Below are positions 37,986-48,058 of a DNA stretch of 64,000 nucleotides, in pieces. Numbering within the stretch: the stretch's first letter is position 1; every line of letters starts with the position of its first letter. The stretch is from Bdellovibrionales bacterium. GTDB lineage: Bacteria; Bdellovibrionota; Bdellovibrionia; Bdellovibrionales; JAGQZY01. Position numbers and translations under genes: made by a program. Location: positions 8,535 to 72,534 of the forward strand of contig JANPLN010000065.1 in NCBI GenBank assembly GCA_031426555.1, written 5' to 3'. The notes beneath the pieces were generated by a model. It did not search any database. It saw only the letters and a program-made list of their open reading frames with translations, and was not told the DNA's origin.

Positions 37986-39374
37986 ATGTTTAGTGAAGTT
38001 TCAGAGTTAAAAGATAAAAAAATCATGGTGATCGGTCTCGCAAAGTCAGGCGTTTCTCTGGTGCGCTTCCTTGTGGAAAAAGGCGCCAAAGTGACCGTGT
38101 CGGATCACAAATCAAAAGCTGAGCTTTCAAATTCCCTAGAGCAAATTGAAAGTCTGCAATTGGAATACGATCTCGGTGGACACACGCCGAAAAAATTTAT
38201 CGAACAGGATTTAATCATCTTAAGTCCCGGAGTTTCTCCGCAGCTCAAAATCTTTGATTACGCTCGCCACAACGGTGTAAAAGTGACCGGAGAGTTCGAA
38301 TTCGCCAACTGGTTTATCAAAGAGCCCGTCATTGCCATCACAGGAACCAACGGCAAGACCACAACCACGTACCTGATGCACAAAATGCTTAAGGAGTCGG
38401 GTGTGGATGCCTGGATCGGTGGTAACTACGGCGCCCCGGTCATCGAGTACGTGGCCTCTGGCAAAAAAGCTCAGGTGCTGGTGCTTGAAGTGTCGAGCTT
38501 TCAGCTCGAGCATTGCGAAAAATTTAATCCTAAAAACGTGGTGTTTACAAACTTGGCCGAAAACCATTTGGATCGCTATAAATCCATGGAAGATTACATC
38601 AACGCTAAACGACGCATATTTGCCAACACCAATCCAACCACAACCAGCATTCTCAATGCCGATGACAACGCAGTGATCGAGCTTGCGCGGGATCCAGCGG
38701 TTCAGCGCGGTCGTATTTTTTACTTCTCACGCAAGGCCGCCCTCGAGCCACAAATTATGAACATCGGTGGGATTGTAAATATTAAAGACGAACTCCGAGT
38801 TCGCACCGGACCCGACATTGAATCTCTTAGTATTAAGGGCATGCGCGCTCGCGGGAAACATTCCATCGAAAATATGATGGCTGCTATTCTTGCGGCCCGC
38901 GAGCACGGAGCTACCAGCGAAGCCATCATTAGCGTGATCAACAGCTTTAAGGGTATTCCTCACCGGCTCGAATACGTTCGACGCGTGGGCGGCGTGGAGT
39001 TATTTAACGACTCTAAGGCCACGAACGTTCACTCGGTAAAGCGAGCTCTCGATGCTTTTGAAGAAAACGTGATTTTAATCATGGGCGGAAAAGATACCAA
39101 CCTCAGCTACGAATCTCTGCGTGATATGGTTCGCAAAAAAGTAAAGTCGTTGATTCTTGTGGGCGAGGCCAAAGAGCGCATCAACCGCGATATTGGCGAC
39201 TTTTGCGAAACCTATTTGATCGGAACCTTCGAAGAAGCGGTGCTGATCGCGTATCAAAAGTCGCGAATCGGTGACACTGTACTTCTCTCTCCCGGCTGCT
39301 CAAGCTTTGATATGTTTGATAGCTACGTGGAGCGCGGAAATTACTACAAAGACATCGTAACGAGTTTTAAGTAA
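37986..39374 (+). CDS. murD: UDP-MurNAc-L-Ala--D-Glu ligase
   Basis: GLAKSG, SPG, TGTNGKTT, EVSSFQLE, NDSKATN, SPGCSSFD. Confidence 0.97.
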   Translation: MFSEVSELKDKKIMVIGLAKSGVSLVRFLVEKGAKVTVSDHKSKAELSNSLEQIESLQLEYDLGGHTPKKFIEQDLIILSPGVSPQLKIFDYARHNGVKVTGEFEFANWFIKEPVIAITGTNGKTTTTYLMHKMLKESGVDAWIGGNYGAPVIEYVASGKKAQVLVLEVSSFQLEHCEKFNPKNVVFTNLAENHLDRYKSMEDYINAKRRIFANTNPTTTSILNADDNAVIELARDPAVQRGRIFYFSRKAALEPQIMNIGGIVNIKDELRVRTGPDIESLSIKGMRARGKHSIENMMAAILAAREHGATSEAIISVINSFKGIPHRLEYVRRVGGVELFNDSKATNVHSVKRALDAFEENVILIMGGKDTNLSYESLRDMVRKKVKSLILVGEAKERINRDIGDFCETYLIGTFEEAVLIAYQKSRIGDTVLLSPGCSSFDMFDSYVERGNYYKDIVTSFK

Positions 39375-39395
39375 TAAACTTTAAGTTATCAGGGA

Positions 39396-40139
39396 GTGGG
39401 CATGTTTAAATCATTGGTCTTTTTATTGGGTTTATTAGGCTTATTTTTTACAGTGGCTTGCGCCTCAACTCACCCGGGCACAATCTCTGAGTCGAAAGAA
39501 AAAACAGTGACTGTGAGTGTTTTAAAAAACTTGGATCTTTCCGATAAGTATTACTATTTTTATGAGTACACCATCGAAAACATGACCGCTGAGTGGAAAG
39601 ACATTCAAATTAAGAATACTTACTTTGAAGGGCAAGAAACCGAGATTTTAACCGACGACAAACTGGCTTCTTGGATAGAGGGCGCTGAGCTCAAACTAAA
39701 AACAGCCAATTACAACCGAGATTTATTGTTGGGTTCCATCGTGGCAGTGGGCGGGGTTGCCGCCATGACTTCGAGTAATTCCAATGTACAGGTCGCCGGT
39801 GCCGGTGCCGCTGTTGGCGCCGTGGTGGCGTCGGGGGCCATCGACCTTTCGCGGGCAAAGCAACAAGCCGTGACGGGGACAAAGGGACTTAACCAAACGG
39901 TGAACGTTTCGCAAAGCCATGTTCTGGTGCCATCAAAGATTGCCCCGGAATCCTATATCAAGCGGTGGGTTGTTGTCCGCGCTCCAGCGGGTAAGGTTCA
40001 GGGCAAGGATCAAGGGGCCATAAAATTTAGTTCCAGTTACTTTAACAGCCAAAAGTTGATCACCACGGCTATCTTGGATAGCACTAAAGAGGTGAGTTTT
40101 AACACCCAGGTGCAAACCAGCGCCTTTTACGAAAACTAA
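39396..40139 (+). CDS. hypothetical lipoprotein with Gly/Ala-rich (glycine-zipper-like) segment
   Basis: lipobox TVAC; AVGGVAA...AGAGAAVGAVVASG. Confidence 0.7.
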   Translation: MGMFKSLVFLLGLLGLFFTVACASTHPGTISESKEKTVTVSVLKNLDLSDKYYYFYEYTIENMTAEWKDIQIKNTYFEGQETEILTDDKLASWIEGAELKLKTANYNRDLLLGSIVAVGGVAAMTSSNSNVQVAGAGAAVGAVVASGAIDLSRAKQQAVTGTKGLNQTVNVSQSHVLVPSKIAPESYIKRWVVVRAPAGKVQGKDQGAIKFSSSYFNSQKLITTAILDSTKEVSFNTQVQTSAFYEN

Positions 40140-40221
40140 ATTTTTTTCACACTCCTTCATTTGCGTGGAAGTTTTTAAGCCTCTGTGAGACTTATGACGC
40201 CACACAACATAAGGAGTGTTT

Positions 40222-40572
40222 ATGAAAGCAGTTTTAGGTCTATTGATGGTTTTTGGTGTTAATGCGGCAAATGCCGATGCCGTTCTTTGTGATAACGAAG
40301 TGGTCATTCAAGCCGTGCAAAAAGTGATGGAAAGTATCGATGCAGAGAGCAAAGCTCTTGCTGGAATCAGCGTTGTAGCTGATCAGCCGGTGCGCGCTTT
40401 AGCGGGCTTGGCAGATGGTTCGGGCATGAGTGTTGATACATTTACAGTTGGCGTAAAGGCCACCAACGGAAGCGAAACCGTTTCTTACAAAGTTCAATTG
40501 AGCGTTGAGTTTAACAATGCAGATGGAACTTGCGATTACATCAAAAAAACAACTCAAATCGCCGTTCAGTAA
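40222..40572 (+). CDS. small secreted hypothetical protein
   Basis: AAGGAG SD; signal peptide ending ANA; two Cys. Confidence 0.75.
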   Translation: MKAVLGLLMVFGVNAANADAVLCDNEVVIQAVQKVMESIDAESKALAGISVVADQPVRALAGLADGSGMSVDTFTVGVKATNGSETVSYKVQLSVEFNNADGTCDYIKKTTQIAVQ

Positions 40573-40590
40573 CTATTTGGAAAACTTGTA

Positions 40591-40615
40591 GCCTCTAAAT
40601 TAATTATTTAGAGGC
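40591..40615. terminator. hairpin between convergent genes
   Basis: GCCTCTAAAT-taatt-ATTTAGAGGC. Confidence 0.55.
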
Positions 40616-40637
40616 GCACGCCCTCAGAAGCCCTGTT

Positions 40638-40880
40638 CTAGGACCCGCTCAGTTTTAAGACGGTTACGGCAACTGCCACGACCGCTGTCACTAAAGCACC
40701 CAACTTAATAATAAGTCTGTACTCAAGCTTTTGCATTTCGTCTTTAATCTCTTTTACATCTTGTTTTGTAGCCAATTCGCCCTCAATGATTTCTGCGATT
40801 ATAGTTACGTGCGCCTCGGCGTGCTCGCGAGATATCCCAACCGCTTCTAAGATCTTACTATAGCGTAATGTATTGAACAT
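40638..40880 (-). CDS. DUF1640/CCDC90-like small coiled-coil membrane protein
   Basis: AGGAGG SD; MFNTLRYSKILEAVG...LATKQD; C-terminal TM. Confidence 0.75.
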   Translation of the reverse strand: MFNTLRYSKILEAVGISREHAEAHVTIIAEIIEGELATKQDVKEIKDEMQKLEYRLIIKLGALVTAVVAVAVTVLKLSGS

Positions 40881-41061
40881 AAATAGCCTCCTTTTTAATT
40901 TCGTAGATGCAAAAAAGTGCAGCCAGCCGCTGGCTGTTTTAAAGACAAATGCGTCAGATGATGCGGTTGCCGGAGCTAATTTAGGATTTGCTGCATAAAG
41001 TCTTTTAAATAGGAAGCTCACTGCTATGCTTTCCCCTTAATGTTCTTTTAAGGGGAGAATT

Positions 41062-41709
41062 ATGAAGTCTTTATTTTATTCATTTTTATTTATTTTGTGT
41101 GTGACCGCGTGTTCGAGCTCCAGTGACGGTGGCGGCGCAGCTGGTCCTAAAATTACCAATTCAAAACCTGGTGCAGGTCGCATTTTTGTGATGGGTGACA
41201 GTCTCGCCTATGGAACTGGATCCACAGTTGATGCGTACACGCCTCAAGGCTGTTTCGCACAAGCATTCTTAGGAGATAAAATTTATAACGTCGCGATACC
41301 AGGATTAACAAGTGATGGTCTTGTGGACAACGTTCCCTACTATCTTGGTCAATCTCCAAAATTGGCGTTTATCAGCACCGGTGGAAACGACGCACTTTCT
41401 GAATATTCCCAACCCGGTTCGTACCCGGCAGATAAAAGTGTTCGTGAACTCAAGCGAATCATTCTGCAATTACAAAATGTAGGAGCGGTGGTTGTGTATT
41501 TAGCCATCAACCCACCGTTTGATCCAGCGGCTTCCAAGCGATTGCAAGATATGGCAAAAGTAGCTCGCGAAAACGGCGCAGTTATCGTTGACGGAATGGC
41601 TGGCCTTTGGAATTCAGCAAAAATGCATGATCAATTCCATCCCAACGACGAAGGGTACGAAGTGATGTGCGATCGCATTATCAACGCAGTGTCTGCGCAT
41701 TATCCTTAG
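41062..41709 (+). CDS. SGNH/GDSL hydrolase lipoprotein
   Basis: GDSL, GGND, DQFHPN; lipobox VTAC. Confidence 0.9.
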   Translation: MKSLFYSFLFILCVTACSSSSDGGGAAGPKITNSKPGAGRIFVMGDSLAYGTGSTVDAYTPQGCFAQAFLGDKIYNVAIPGLTSDGLVDNVPYYLGQSPKLAFISTGGNDALSEYSQPGSYPADKSVRELKRIILQLQNVGAVVVYLAINPPFDPAASKRLQDMAKVARENGAVIVDGMAGLWNSAKMHDQFHPNDEGYEVMCDRIINAVSAHYP

Positions 41710-41797
41710 AGTGTTGAGGGAAGCGCATTGCTCGGTCTTTGGTCTAGGGAGAGTCTCTCTCTAGACAGCTTCCCAGTGTCCGTGGGACAATCAAAAA

Positions 41798-42886
41798 ATG
41801 TTGAAAGACAAATCTCAAGAAGTGTTGCTGGTTGTGTTTGCGCTGATCGTTTTTGGTTTGATCCAGGTGTATTCCTCGAGCTTTATTTTTGCCCACGAAA
41901 AATTTGGCGACGGTCTCTATTTTTTTAGACGGCAGTTGGTTTTTGCAGCGGTTGGTTTTATTTCCATGATCGCTCTTTGGCGCGCTCCCTCTCGGTGGAT
42001 CGAAGTGCTGGGAATTTACTTAGCACCACTGGCTATCATCGCATTGTTTTTAACCATCGTTCCCGGAATTGGCATCAGAGTGGGTGGCTCCACGCGGTGG
42101 TTGCCAGGCTTAATGGGTGTGCGCATTGAGCCCTGCGAAATTTACAAAGTGGCGTTGCCATTTTTGCTGGCGATCTTTTTTGCTTATGATCAGGAGCGAT
42201 TGGGCCGGTGGAAGTGGGTCGTTCGCAGCCTCACAATCATTCTTCCTCTGGTTATTTTTATGCGCCAACCCGATTTTGGCTCGTTTACCATGTGCATTCT
42301 GGTGATTGCCACCGTGATTTTTGTTTTTGGCTTTCCGTGGAAATATTTAGCCGCATCAGCCGTGCTTGCAATGCCGCTATTTTATTTTTTGGTGATGAGT
42401 GTTCCTTACCGCAAAGCGCGTTTGATGACTTTTATCGACCCGTGGCAAGATCCCAATGGCAAAGGGTTCCAAGTGATTCAAAGCATGCTCACGTTTAACT
42501 CGGGCGGCTTGTTTGGTGCGGGCTTGGGCGACGGGCAGGGCAAATTATTCTTTTTACCAGAGGCGCACACCGATTTTACTTTAGCTGTTTTGGGAGAAGA
42601 GTTGGGCTTTTTGGGATTTTTTACTTTGATGCTCGCTTACGGCTATTTAGTGATTCGCGGTTTACAAGTGGCCCACCGAGTGGAATCGTTGTTTTTTAAA
42701 GTTCTTTCTTTGGGGCTTGTGGTTTGTTTTGCCTACTCCGTGATGATTAACACGGGCGTGGTTTTAGGGTTGCTGCCAACAAAGGGACTCACTCTCCCGT
42801 TTTTGAGTTACGGTGGGGCGTCTTTAGTAATGTCGTGTGTCCTTTTTGGAATCTTATTGAACATCCAACGCCAGTGTCGTACTTAA
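41798..42886 (+). CDS. ftsW: SEDS peptidoglycan glycosyltransferase FtsW
   Basis: QPDFG, LPEAHTDF, GEELG, PFLSYGG. Confidence 0.95.
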   Translation: MLKDKSQEVLLVVFALIVFGLIQVYSSSFIFAHEKFGDGLYFFRRQLVFAAVGFISMIALWRAPSRWIEVLGIYLAPLAIIALFLTIVPGIGIRVGGSTRWLPGLMGVRIEPCEIYKVALPFLLAIFFAYDQERLGRWKWVVRSLTIILPLVIFMRQPDFGSFTMCILVIATVIFVFGFPWKYLAASAVLAMPLFYFLVMSVPYRKARLMTFIDPWQDPNGKGFQVIQSMLTFNSGGLFGAGLGDGQGKLFFLPEAHTDFTLAVLGEELGFLGFFTLMLAYGYLVIRGLQVAHRVESLFFKVLSLGLVVCFAYSVMINTGVVLGLLPTKGLTLPFLSYGGASLVMSCVLFGILLNIQRQCRT

Positions 42887-42891
42887 ATCCT

Positions 42892-43980
42892 ATGTCTACC
42901 ATCGTGATCACAGGTGGCGGTACAGGTGGTCATATTTATCCTGGACTCGCTATCGCTCAAGCCCTGCAAAAAAATAATCCCGCCTTAAAAATTCATTTTG
43001 TGGGAGCGCAAGGTGGCCTGGAAGAAAAAATCTGGGCACAGTATGCGTATCCTTATCATTTGATTCAGGTGGGTCGCTTGCACTCGTCGGTGGGTCGCTT
43101 ACAACAACTTAAGACGATGCTGCAGATGCCATTTTCGCTGATGCATGCAGCTTGGATCTTTTTTAAAATTCGGCCGCAGCTTGTGTTGGGAGTGGGCGGT
43201 TTTGCATCGGGACCGTTTATTGCCATTGCCAAAATCTTTGGCGCAAAAACCGCGCTCTGGGAAGCCAATGCCTACCCGGGCCTCACCAATCGATTGCTGG
43301 CGCGCTGGGTGGATACAAACTTTATTGTTTTTGCCGAGGCAAAAAAATATTTAACGTCCGCTAATATCATCGAAGCCGGTATGCCTGTGCGCTCCGAGTT
43401 TTTTATAGAGAGCGAAAAAAGTGTGACTTCGCAAGGAGCCAGACCCCGTCTTCTAATTTTTGGCGGAAGCCAAGGAGCACGGGCTATTAACGACGGCGTT
43501 TTACAATTTTTAAAAACCTATCCAGATATTCTCGATCAGCTGTCCATCAAACATCAAACCGGTGCGCGCGATTTTGAGCGCATGAAAACCGAGTATGGTG
43601 TGCTTTCGGATAAAATCGAACTCGTCGAGTACATTCACAATATGCCGCAGGAGTTACAGCGCGCCGATATGGTCATCTGCCGATCCGGCGCGAGCACCGT
43701 GGCCGAAGTGATCTCGTGTCGCAAACCCGCCATTTTTATACCGCTGCCCACCGCCGCCGACAATCACCAGTACAAAAATGCCAAGGTGATTGTGGATCAG
43801 CACGGGGCTTTTTTACTGGAGCAAAAAAACCTCACGCCGCAAAGCTTGCACGCCATCCTGCAAGAGTTTTTGCAAAATCCGCAAAAGCTGCAAACGATGA
43901 AGCAAAATTTAGAAAAATTTGATTTTTCAAATTCAACGCAGGTGATCGCGCAGTCGCTACTCAAGGAAATCAACATATGA
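42892..43980 (+). CDS. murG: undecaprenyl-PP-MurNAc-pentapeptide GlcNAc transferase
   Basis: GGGTGGHIYP, GGFAS, GGSQGA, RSGAST, HQYKNA. Confidence 0.97.
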   Translation: MSTIVITGGGTGGHIYPGLAIAQALQKNNPALKIHFVGAQGGLEEKIWAQYAYPYHLIQVGRLHSSVGRLQQLKTMLQMPFSLMHAAWIFFKIRPQLVLGVGGFASGPFIAIAKIFGAKTALWEANAYPGLTNRLLARWVDTNFIVFAEAKKYLTSANIIEAGMPVRSEFFIESEKSVTSQGARPRLLIFGGSQGARAINDGVLQFLKTYPDILDQLSIKHQTGARDFERMKTEYGVLSDKIELVEYIHNMPQELQRADMVICRSGASTVAEVISCRKPAIFIPLPTAADNHQYKNAKVIVDQHGAFLLEQKNLTPQSLHAILQEFLQNPQKLQTMKQNLEKFDFSNSTQVIAQSLLKEINI

Positions 43981-45311
43981 AGTTTGCAAACTCGCAAGTG
44001 CATTTTTTAGGTATTGGCGGAATTGGAATGTCTGGAATCGCCGAGCTGTTGCACAAAATGGGCGCCACCGTGTCGGGCACAGACATGAAAGAGAACGAGC
44101 AAACCAAACGTTTGCAGGCCATGGGTGTGAAAATTTACTTTGGCCATAAAGCCGAAAATATTCAGAATTGCGATGTGGTGGTTTATTCCAGCGCCGTTAA
44201 ACAGGACAACCCCGAGATGCTCGAAGCCAAACGCCGTTCCATTCCTCGCATTCCGCGCGCCGAGGCCCTCGCCGAGATCATGAACCTCAAACGTGGTTTA
44301 GCCATTGCCGGCACCCATGGAAAAACAACCACCACAAGTTTTGTTTCGTCGGTGTTTGTGCATTCCAAGCTCGAACCCACCATCGCAGTGGGCGGCCGCT
44401 TGGATTTAATAAAATCCACGGCGCTTTTAGGTAAAGGTGATTGGATGATTGTGGAAGCCGACGAAAGCGACGGAAGCTTCTCGCGTTTTAACCATGAAAT
44501 CTGCATTGTGACCAATATCGACAACGATCATTTGGATTATTACAAATCCATGGAGACGTTAAAAAAAGCGTTTTATGATTTTGCCCTAAAGGTTCCTTTT
44601 TATGGAGCCGCTGTAGTTTGCGGCGACGATCCAATCATTCGCGAAATCTACCAGGATTTTCCGAAAAAAATCATTTACTACGGCCTAAATAAAAATAACG
44701 ACTACTACATCGAGGGCAAAAACGGCGAGTATATGGTTTACGATAAACAGGGCAAAAATCTGGGCGCCATGAATTTGCAAGTGTCGGGCAGGCACAACGC
44801 TTTGAATGCGTTGGCTGCTGCCATCGCAAGTCATCTTGCCGACGTCCCGTGGAGTGAGTGCCTGCGCGGTGTGGGTTTATTTAAGGGCGTGGATCGCCGG
44901 TTCCAATTGCGCGGCGAAAAACACGGTGTACTGATTTACGACGATTACGGCCACCATCCCACAGAGGTCAAAGCGACCCTTCAGGCCTTTCGCGAAAAAT
45001 ACCCTACGCAAAAAATTTATGTTTTGTTTCAACCCCACAGATACTCGCGCACACAGTTGTGCTGGAAAGACTTCACACAGTCCTTCGCTGTGGCCGAAAA
45101 AGTATGGGTGCTGGACATTTACGCTGCTGGCGAAAAACCCATGGAGGGAATCACCGCACAACGATTGGCCACAGAGATCGATGGTAATCGCGGCGATTGG
45201 GTCGGTGTGTTTGCCACCGCAAAGGAAATGCTCACCAAAGAATGTAAACCGGGCGACGTGGTGGTTTGTTTTGGCGCCGGCGACGTAAACAAGTTCTACG
45301 ACTTTATTTAG
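43977..45311 (+). CDS. murC: UDP-MurNAc--L-alanine ligase
   Basis: GIGGIGMSG, GTHGKTTT, EADESDG, DDYGHHP, FQPHRYSR. Confidence 0.97.
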   Translation: MKFANSQVHFLGIGGIGMSGIAELLHKMGATVSGTDMKENEQTKRLQAMGVKIYFGHKAENIQNCDVVVYSSAVKQDNPEMLEAKRRSIPRIPRAEALAEIMNLKRGLAIAGTHGKTTTTSFVSSVFVHSKLEPTIAVGGRLDLIKSTALLGKGDWMIVEADESDGSFSRFNHEICIVTNIDNDHLDYYKSMETLKKAFYDFALKVPFYGAAVVCGDDPIIREIYQDFPKKIIYYGLNKNNDYYIEGKNGEYMVYDKQGKNLGAMNLQVSGRHNALNALAAAIASHLADVPWSECLRGVGLFKGVDRRFQLRGEKHGVLIYDDYGHHPTEVKATLQAFREKYPTQKIYVLFQPHRYSRTQLCWKDFTQSFAVAEKVWVLDIYAAGEKPMEGITAQRLATEIDGNRGDWVGVFATAKEMLTKECKPGDVVVCFGAGDVNKFYDFI

Positions 45312-45360
45312 CCAGGTCCTTTTTGAACCATAACCTGGCACCGGATCCGAGGAGAACCAA

Positions 45361-46254
45361 TTGGATTTTAAACAAAATTACAAGTTGGCAGAGCACACGT
45401 GGTGGAAAGTGGGGGGCAGTGCCGACTGGGCCGTCTTTCCACATTCAGTGGAAGATATTTTAGATGCCTGTCGATGGGCGCGCGAAAAAAAGCTTCCCAT
45501 CACAGTGTTGAGCGGCGGCAGCAACGTTCTCGTGAGTGACGAGGGTGTTGTGGGTTTGGTGATTGTGCTTACGCAATTTTCAAAAATGGAAAGTGTGACT
45601 GTCGCGGGTCACAAAACCAGCGCGGTTTGCCAAGCAGGTTTGCCTAAATCTGAATTGTTGAAAGTCTTTATTAAACAACGACAAAGCGCCGCCATCTTTT
45701 TAGCCGGCCTCCCCGGCGACGTGGGCGGCGGTGTGGTGATGAATGCAGGTGTAGGTCACGAGATCCATCCCAAAGAATTCTGCGAGATCGTAGAGTGGGT
45801 AGAATGGATTGATCTCGCGTCGTCAGATTTTGAAATCCTTCGAAAAAATAAATCAGAGCTAGAGTGGTCCTATCGAAAAACTAAGGGCTGGCAGCCAGGT
45901 ATTATCACGCGCGTAGGGGTTGCGTGGGAAGAACCACCAGACGACACAGTGTTAAAGCGCCTCCAAGAGAGCAACAAACGACGGATAGCAACGCAACCGT
46001 TAAACTTGCCAAGTTGTGGTTCAGTTTTTAAAAATCCTCCGGGCAATAAATCAGGTCGCCTCATCGAAGAGTGTGGCCTCAAAGGCTACCAAGTGGGCGG
46101 CGCGCAGGTTTCTGAAAAGCATGCAAACTTTATCGTAAACATCGGCGGAGCCACGGCTAAGGATATCGAAAGCGTGCGACAGCATGTTCAGTCCACCGTG
46201 AAATCACTTAAAGGCGTCGAGCTCGAGACCGAGTATATTTATTTAGGTCGCTGA
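45361..46254 (+). CDS. murB: UDP-N-acetylenolpyruvoylglucosamine reductase
   Basis: GGSNVL, MNAG, PSCGSVFKNP, VSEKHANF; TTG start after GAGGAG. Confidence 0.95.
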   Translation: MDFKQNYKLAEHTWWKVGGSADWAVFPHSVEDILDACRWAREKKLPITVLSGGSNVLVSDEGVVGLVIVLTQFSKMESVTVAGHKTSAVCQAGLPKSELLKVFIKQRQSAAIFLAGLPGDVGGGVVMNAGVGHEIHPKEFCEIVEWVEWIDLASSDFEILRKNKSELEWSYRKTKGWQPGIITRVGVAWEEPPDDTVLKRLQESNKRRIATQPLNLPSCGSVFKNPPGNKSGRLIEECGLKGYQVGGAQVSEKHANFIVNIGGATAKDIESVRQHVQSTVKSLKGVELETEYIYLGR

Positions 46255-46902
46255 TCAGGCTGATATAGCCAATAGGGCCCTAGAAAAAATCTCCCACTGA
46301 CTTTTGATTTTGTCGACTAACTCAGGGTAAGCTGCACGCTCAGCAGCATCTTTAAGGATCTCGAGGCACCGCAGTTGCGGCGAGCTTCCATTTAATGAAT
46401 GAGCTTCCGCCCATTCGGAAAACGATATGGTTTCATCGCTTTGTTGAAAGAATTCAACTTTCCAATTTGGGTTTTGAGATAGCGAAAATAGATAAACCAT
46501 TGCAGGATGATCCGGCTGAAATACTCCGAAAATCTCACGGGCGAGCTTGAGGTCGATAGATTCAAGGGGATTTAAAACAATTTGTTTTTTAAGAACGTAG
46601 GCGAACCCACATGATTTCCAGAACGTATCTACCATCGAAGTGCTCGCAGCGACTTCGGTGAACCAACGCCATAGTAAATATTCAGAATCGTTTTTTTCAA
46701 GAGCAATAAAAGGTCCGATCATTTTAAACGGATATGGTGAGCTGGATGAGTCCCAATCCATTTTGAGGTCCGCAAATAGGCATTTGATTTCATTGTCATC
46801 GCCGTAGGCTTGATCGATGTGGTCATACATTTCTCGCACCGGTATTCCAGCTTCAAACAAAAGGGCGCCTTCAAAAAGAGCTAAGCAAACATTATTCATC
46901 AA
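46255..46902 (-). CDS. hypothetical protein
   Basis: 215-aa ORF, no recognised motif. Confidence 0.55.
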   Translation of the reverse strand: MMNNVCLALFEGALLFEAGIPVREMYDHIDQAYGDDNEIKCLFADLKMDWDSSSSPYPFKMIGPFIALEKNDSEYLLWRWFTEVAASTSMVDTFWKSCGFAYVLKKQIVLNPLESIDLKLAREIFGVFQPDHPAMVYLFSLSQNPNWKVEFFQQSDETISFSEWAEAHSLNGSSPQLRCLEILKDAAERAAYPELVDKIKSQWEIFSRALLAISA

Positions 46903-46995
46903 TCTAGGGTATGAAATGTATAAAAGGTGGTCAATAGAATATGTGCTATGTTTTTTGATGCGAGCTTACTACCGCTACGGAAGTGAAATTGAGAT

Positions 46996-47667
46996 TTACC
47001 CCATTCTTAGTACCAGTAAATTAGCTATTTTGTTCAGTTGGAGATAGGGGCTTTCCACGAAAATAGCAGTCGTCTTGTTGTGAAATGAAAAATAAGAACA
47101 ACCTCCCAAAGACTCTTTTAAACCGAACAGGAAGACTTCAACTGGTAATTTGTTGGTGGCTACGCCGTTTGCAGTAAAATATAAGCCCAAGGCACTAGCG
47201 CCTAGCCCTAACGCAATCAAAGCGAGTGATCCAATGAAGACAGAGTTGGTGTCTAACGAGAGATTTTTTGAAGAATGATCTTTTACAATGACTGTTTTAA
47301 AAAAAAGCATAAGCTCTCGATACAGGAGTATCCCCCCTAGCAATAGAATTGGGTACATTGGTGCACCGCCCTCAAAGATAAAATTGATCATAAAATCCTC
47401 CTTGGTTATGTAAAGAATTAACCCCGTGATTGGAGCTAATAAAATTAAATGTTCTATTGTTGTGCGTGCTTTTTGATTCAATCGTTTCGTGGCGTTATAA
47501 AAACTCGTGTTGTGTATAGACGAAAATTCTTCGATCTCACTTTCGGTAAGCAGCATATCTCCTCTATCATCGCAAACTGATAAATGATCTTCCAGTTCAA
47601 CTTGTAAAAATAGCTTTTGGGGATAAGGAATATTTAGATCTTGAAGCTGTCTGAATATTTTGCTCAT
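46996..47667 (-). CDS. PadR-associated membrane protein, possibly frameshifted near its C-terminus
   Basis: N-terminal 'ELEDHL' segment, 3 TM helices, 4-nt overlap with padR; better-looking TM end in an alternative frame. Confidence 0.55.
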   Translation of the reverse strand: MSKIFRQLQDLNIPYPQKLFLQVELEDHLSVCDDRGDMLLTESEIEEFSSIHNTSFYNATKRLNQKARTTIEHLILLAPITGLILYITKEDFMINFIFEGGAPMYPILLLGGILLYRELMLFFKTVIVKDHSSKNLSLDTNSVFIGSLALIALGLGASALGLYFTANGVATNKLPVEVFLFGLKESLGGCSYFSFHNKTTAIFVESPYLQLNKIANLLVLRMG

Positions 47668-47979
47668 GACGGCACCAGCTTCGTCGTTGCCTTATAAAAT
47701 AGTACGAAGTCAGCGGTCTCTTGTGTTGCTTGCTGTTTCCCTAACTTGGTTAATCTATAGACTTTTCTTGGTCGAGCACTGTCTTCGTTTTCAATTTCAA
47801 CAGTGACCAGATTATTCTTTTCTAATTTGTGAAGTATTGGATATAGAGAACCGAAAGCCATTTTGAAGAACCCATGTGATTTGTCTTCAATGTATTTTGC
47901 GACTTCGTAGCCATGCTTAGGTCCATCACTTAGGGCCATAAGAATTAAGAACTCGCCGTGCTTTCTTTTTTTTCTCCAA
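47664..47979 (-). pseudogene. PadR family regulator with apparent one-base frameshift in an A8 run
   Basis: HGYEV, GSLYPILHKLE, RKVYRLT..G; AGGAGG SD + TTG (47979) lies 40 nt from ATG 47939, out of frame; removing one A gives LEKKRKHGEFLILMAL. Confidence 0.65.
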
Positions 47980-48058
47980 TCTTCCTCCTATCAAGAACCT
48001 ATATATCTAGTAACTATATATATGTCAACGATATATAAGGAGTGTTTCAAAATGAGTG

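Noticed and set aside
45311..45339. GCCAGGT...ACCTGGC hairpin between murC and murB as a REP-type repeat
   Set aside because: Only 7 bp with a 15-nt loop and no convincing second copy in the window.
47961..47975. Programmed -1 frameshift at A_AAA_AAG in padR
   Set aside because: Restoring the frame needs loss of one base (+1 shift); a -1 shift does not reach the PadR frame.
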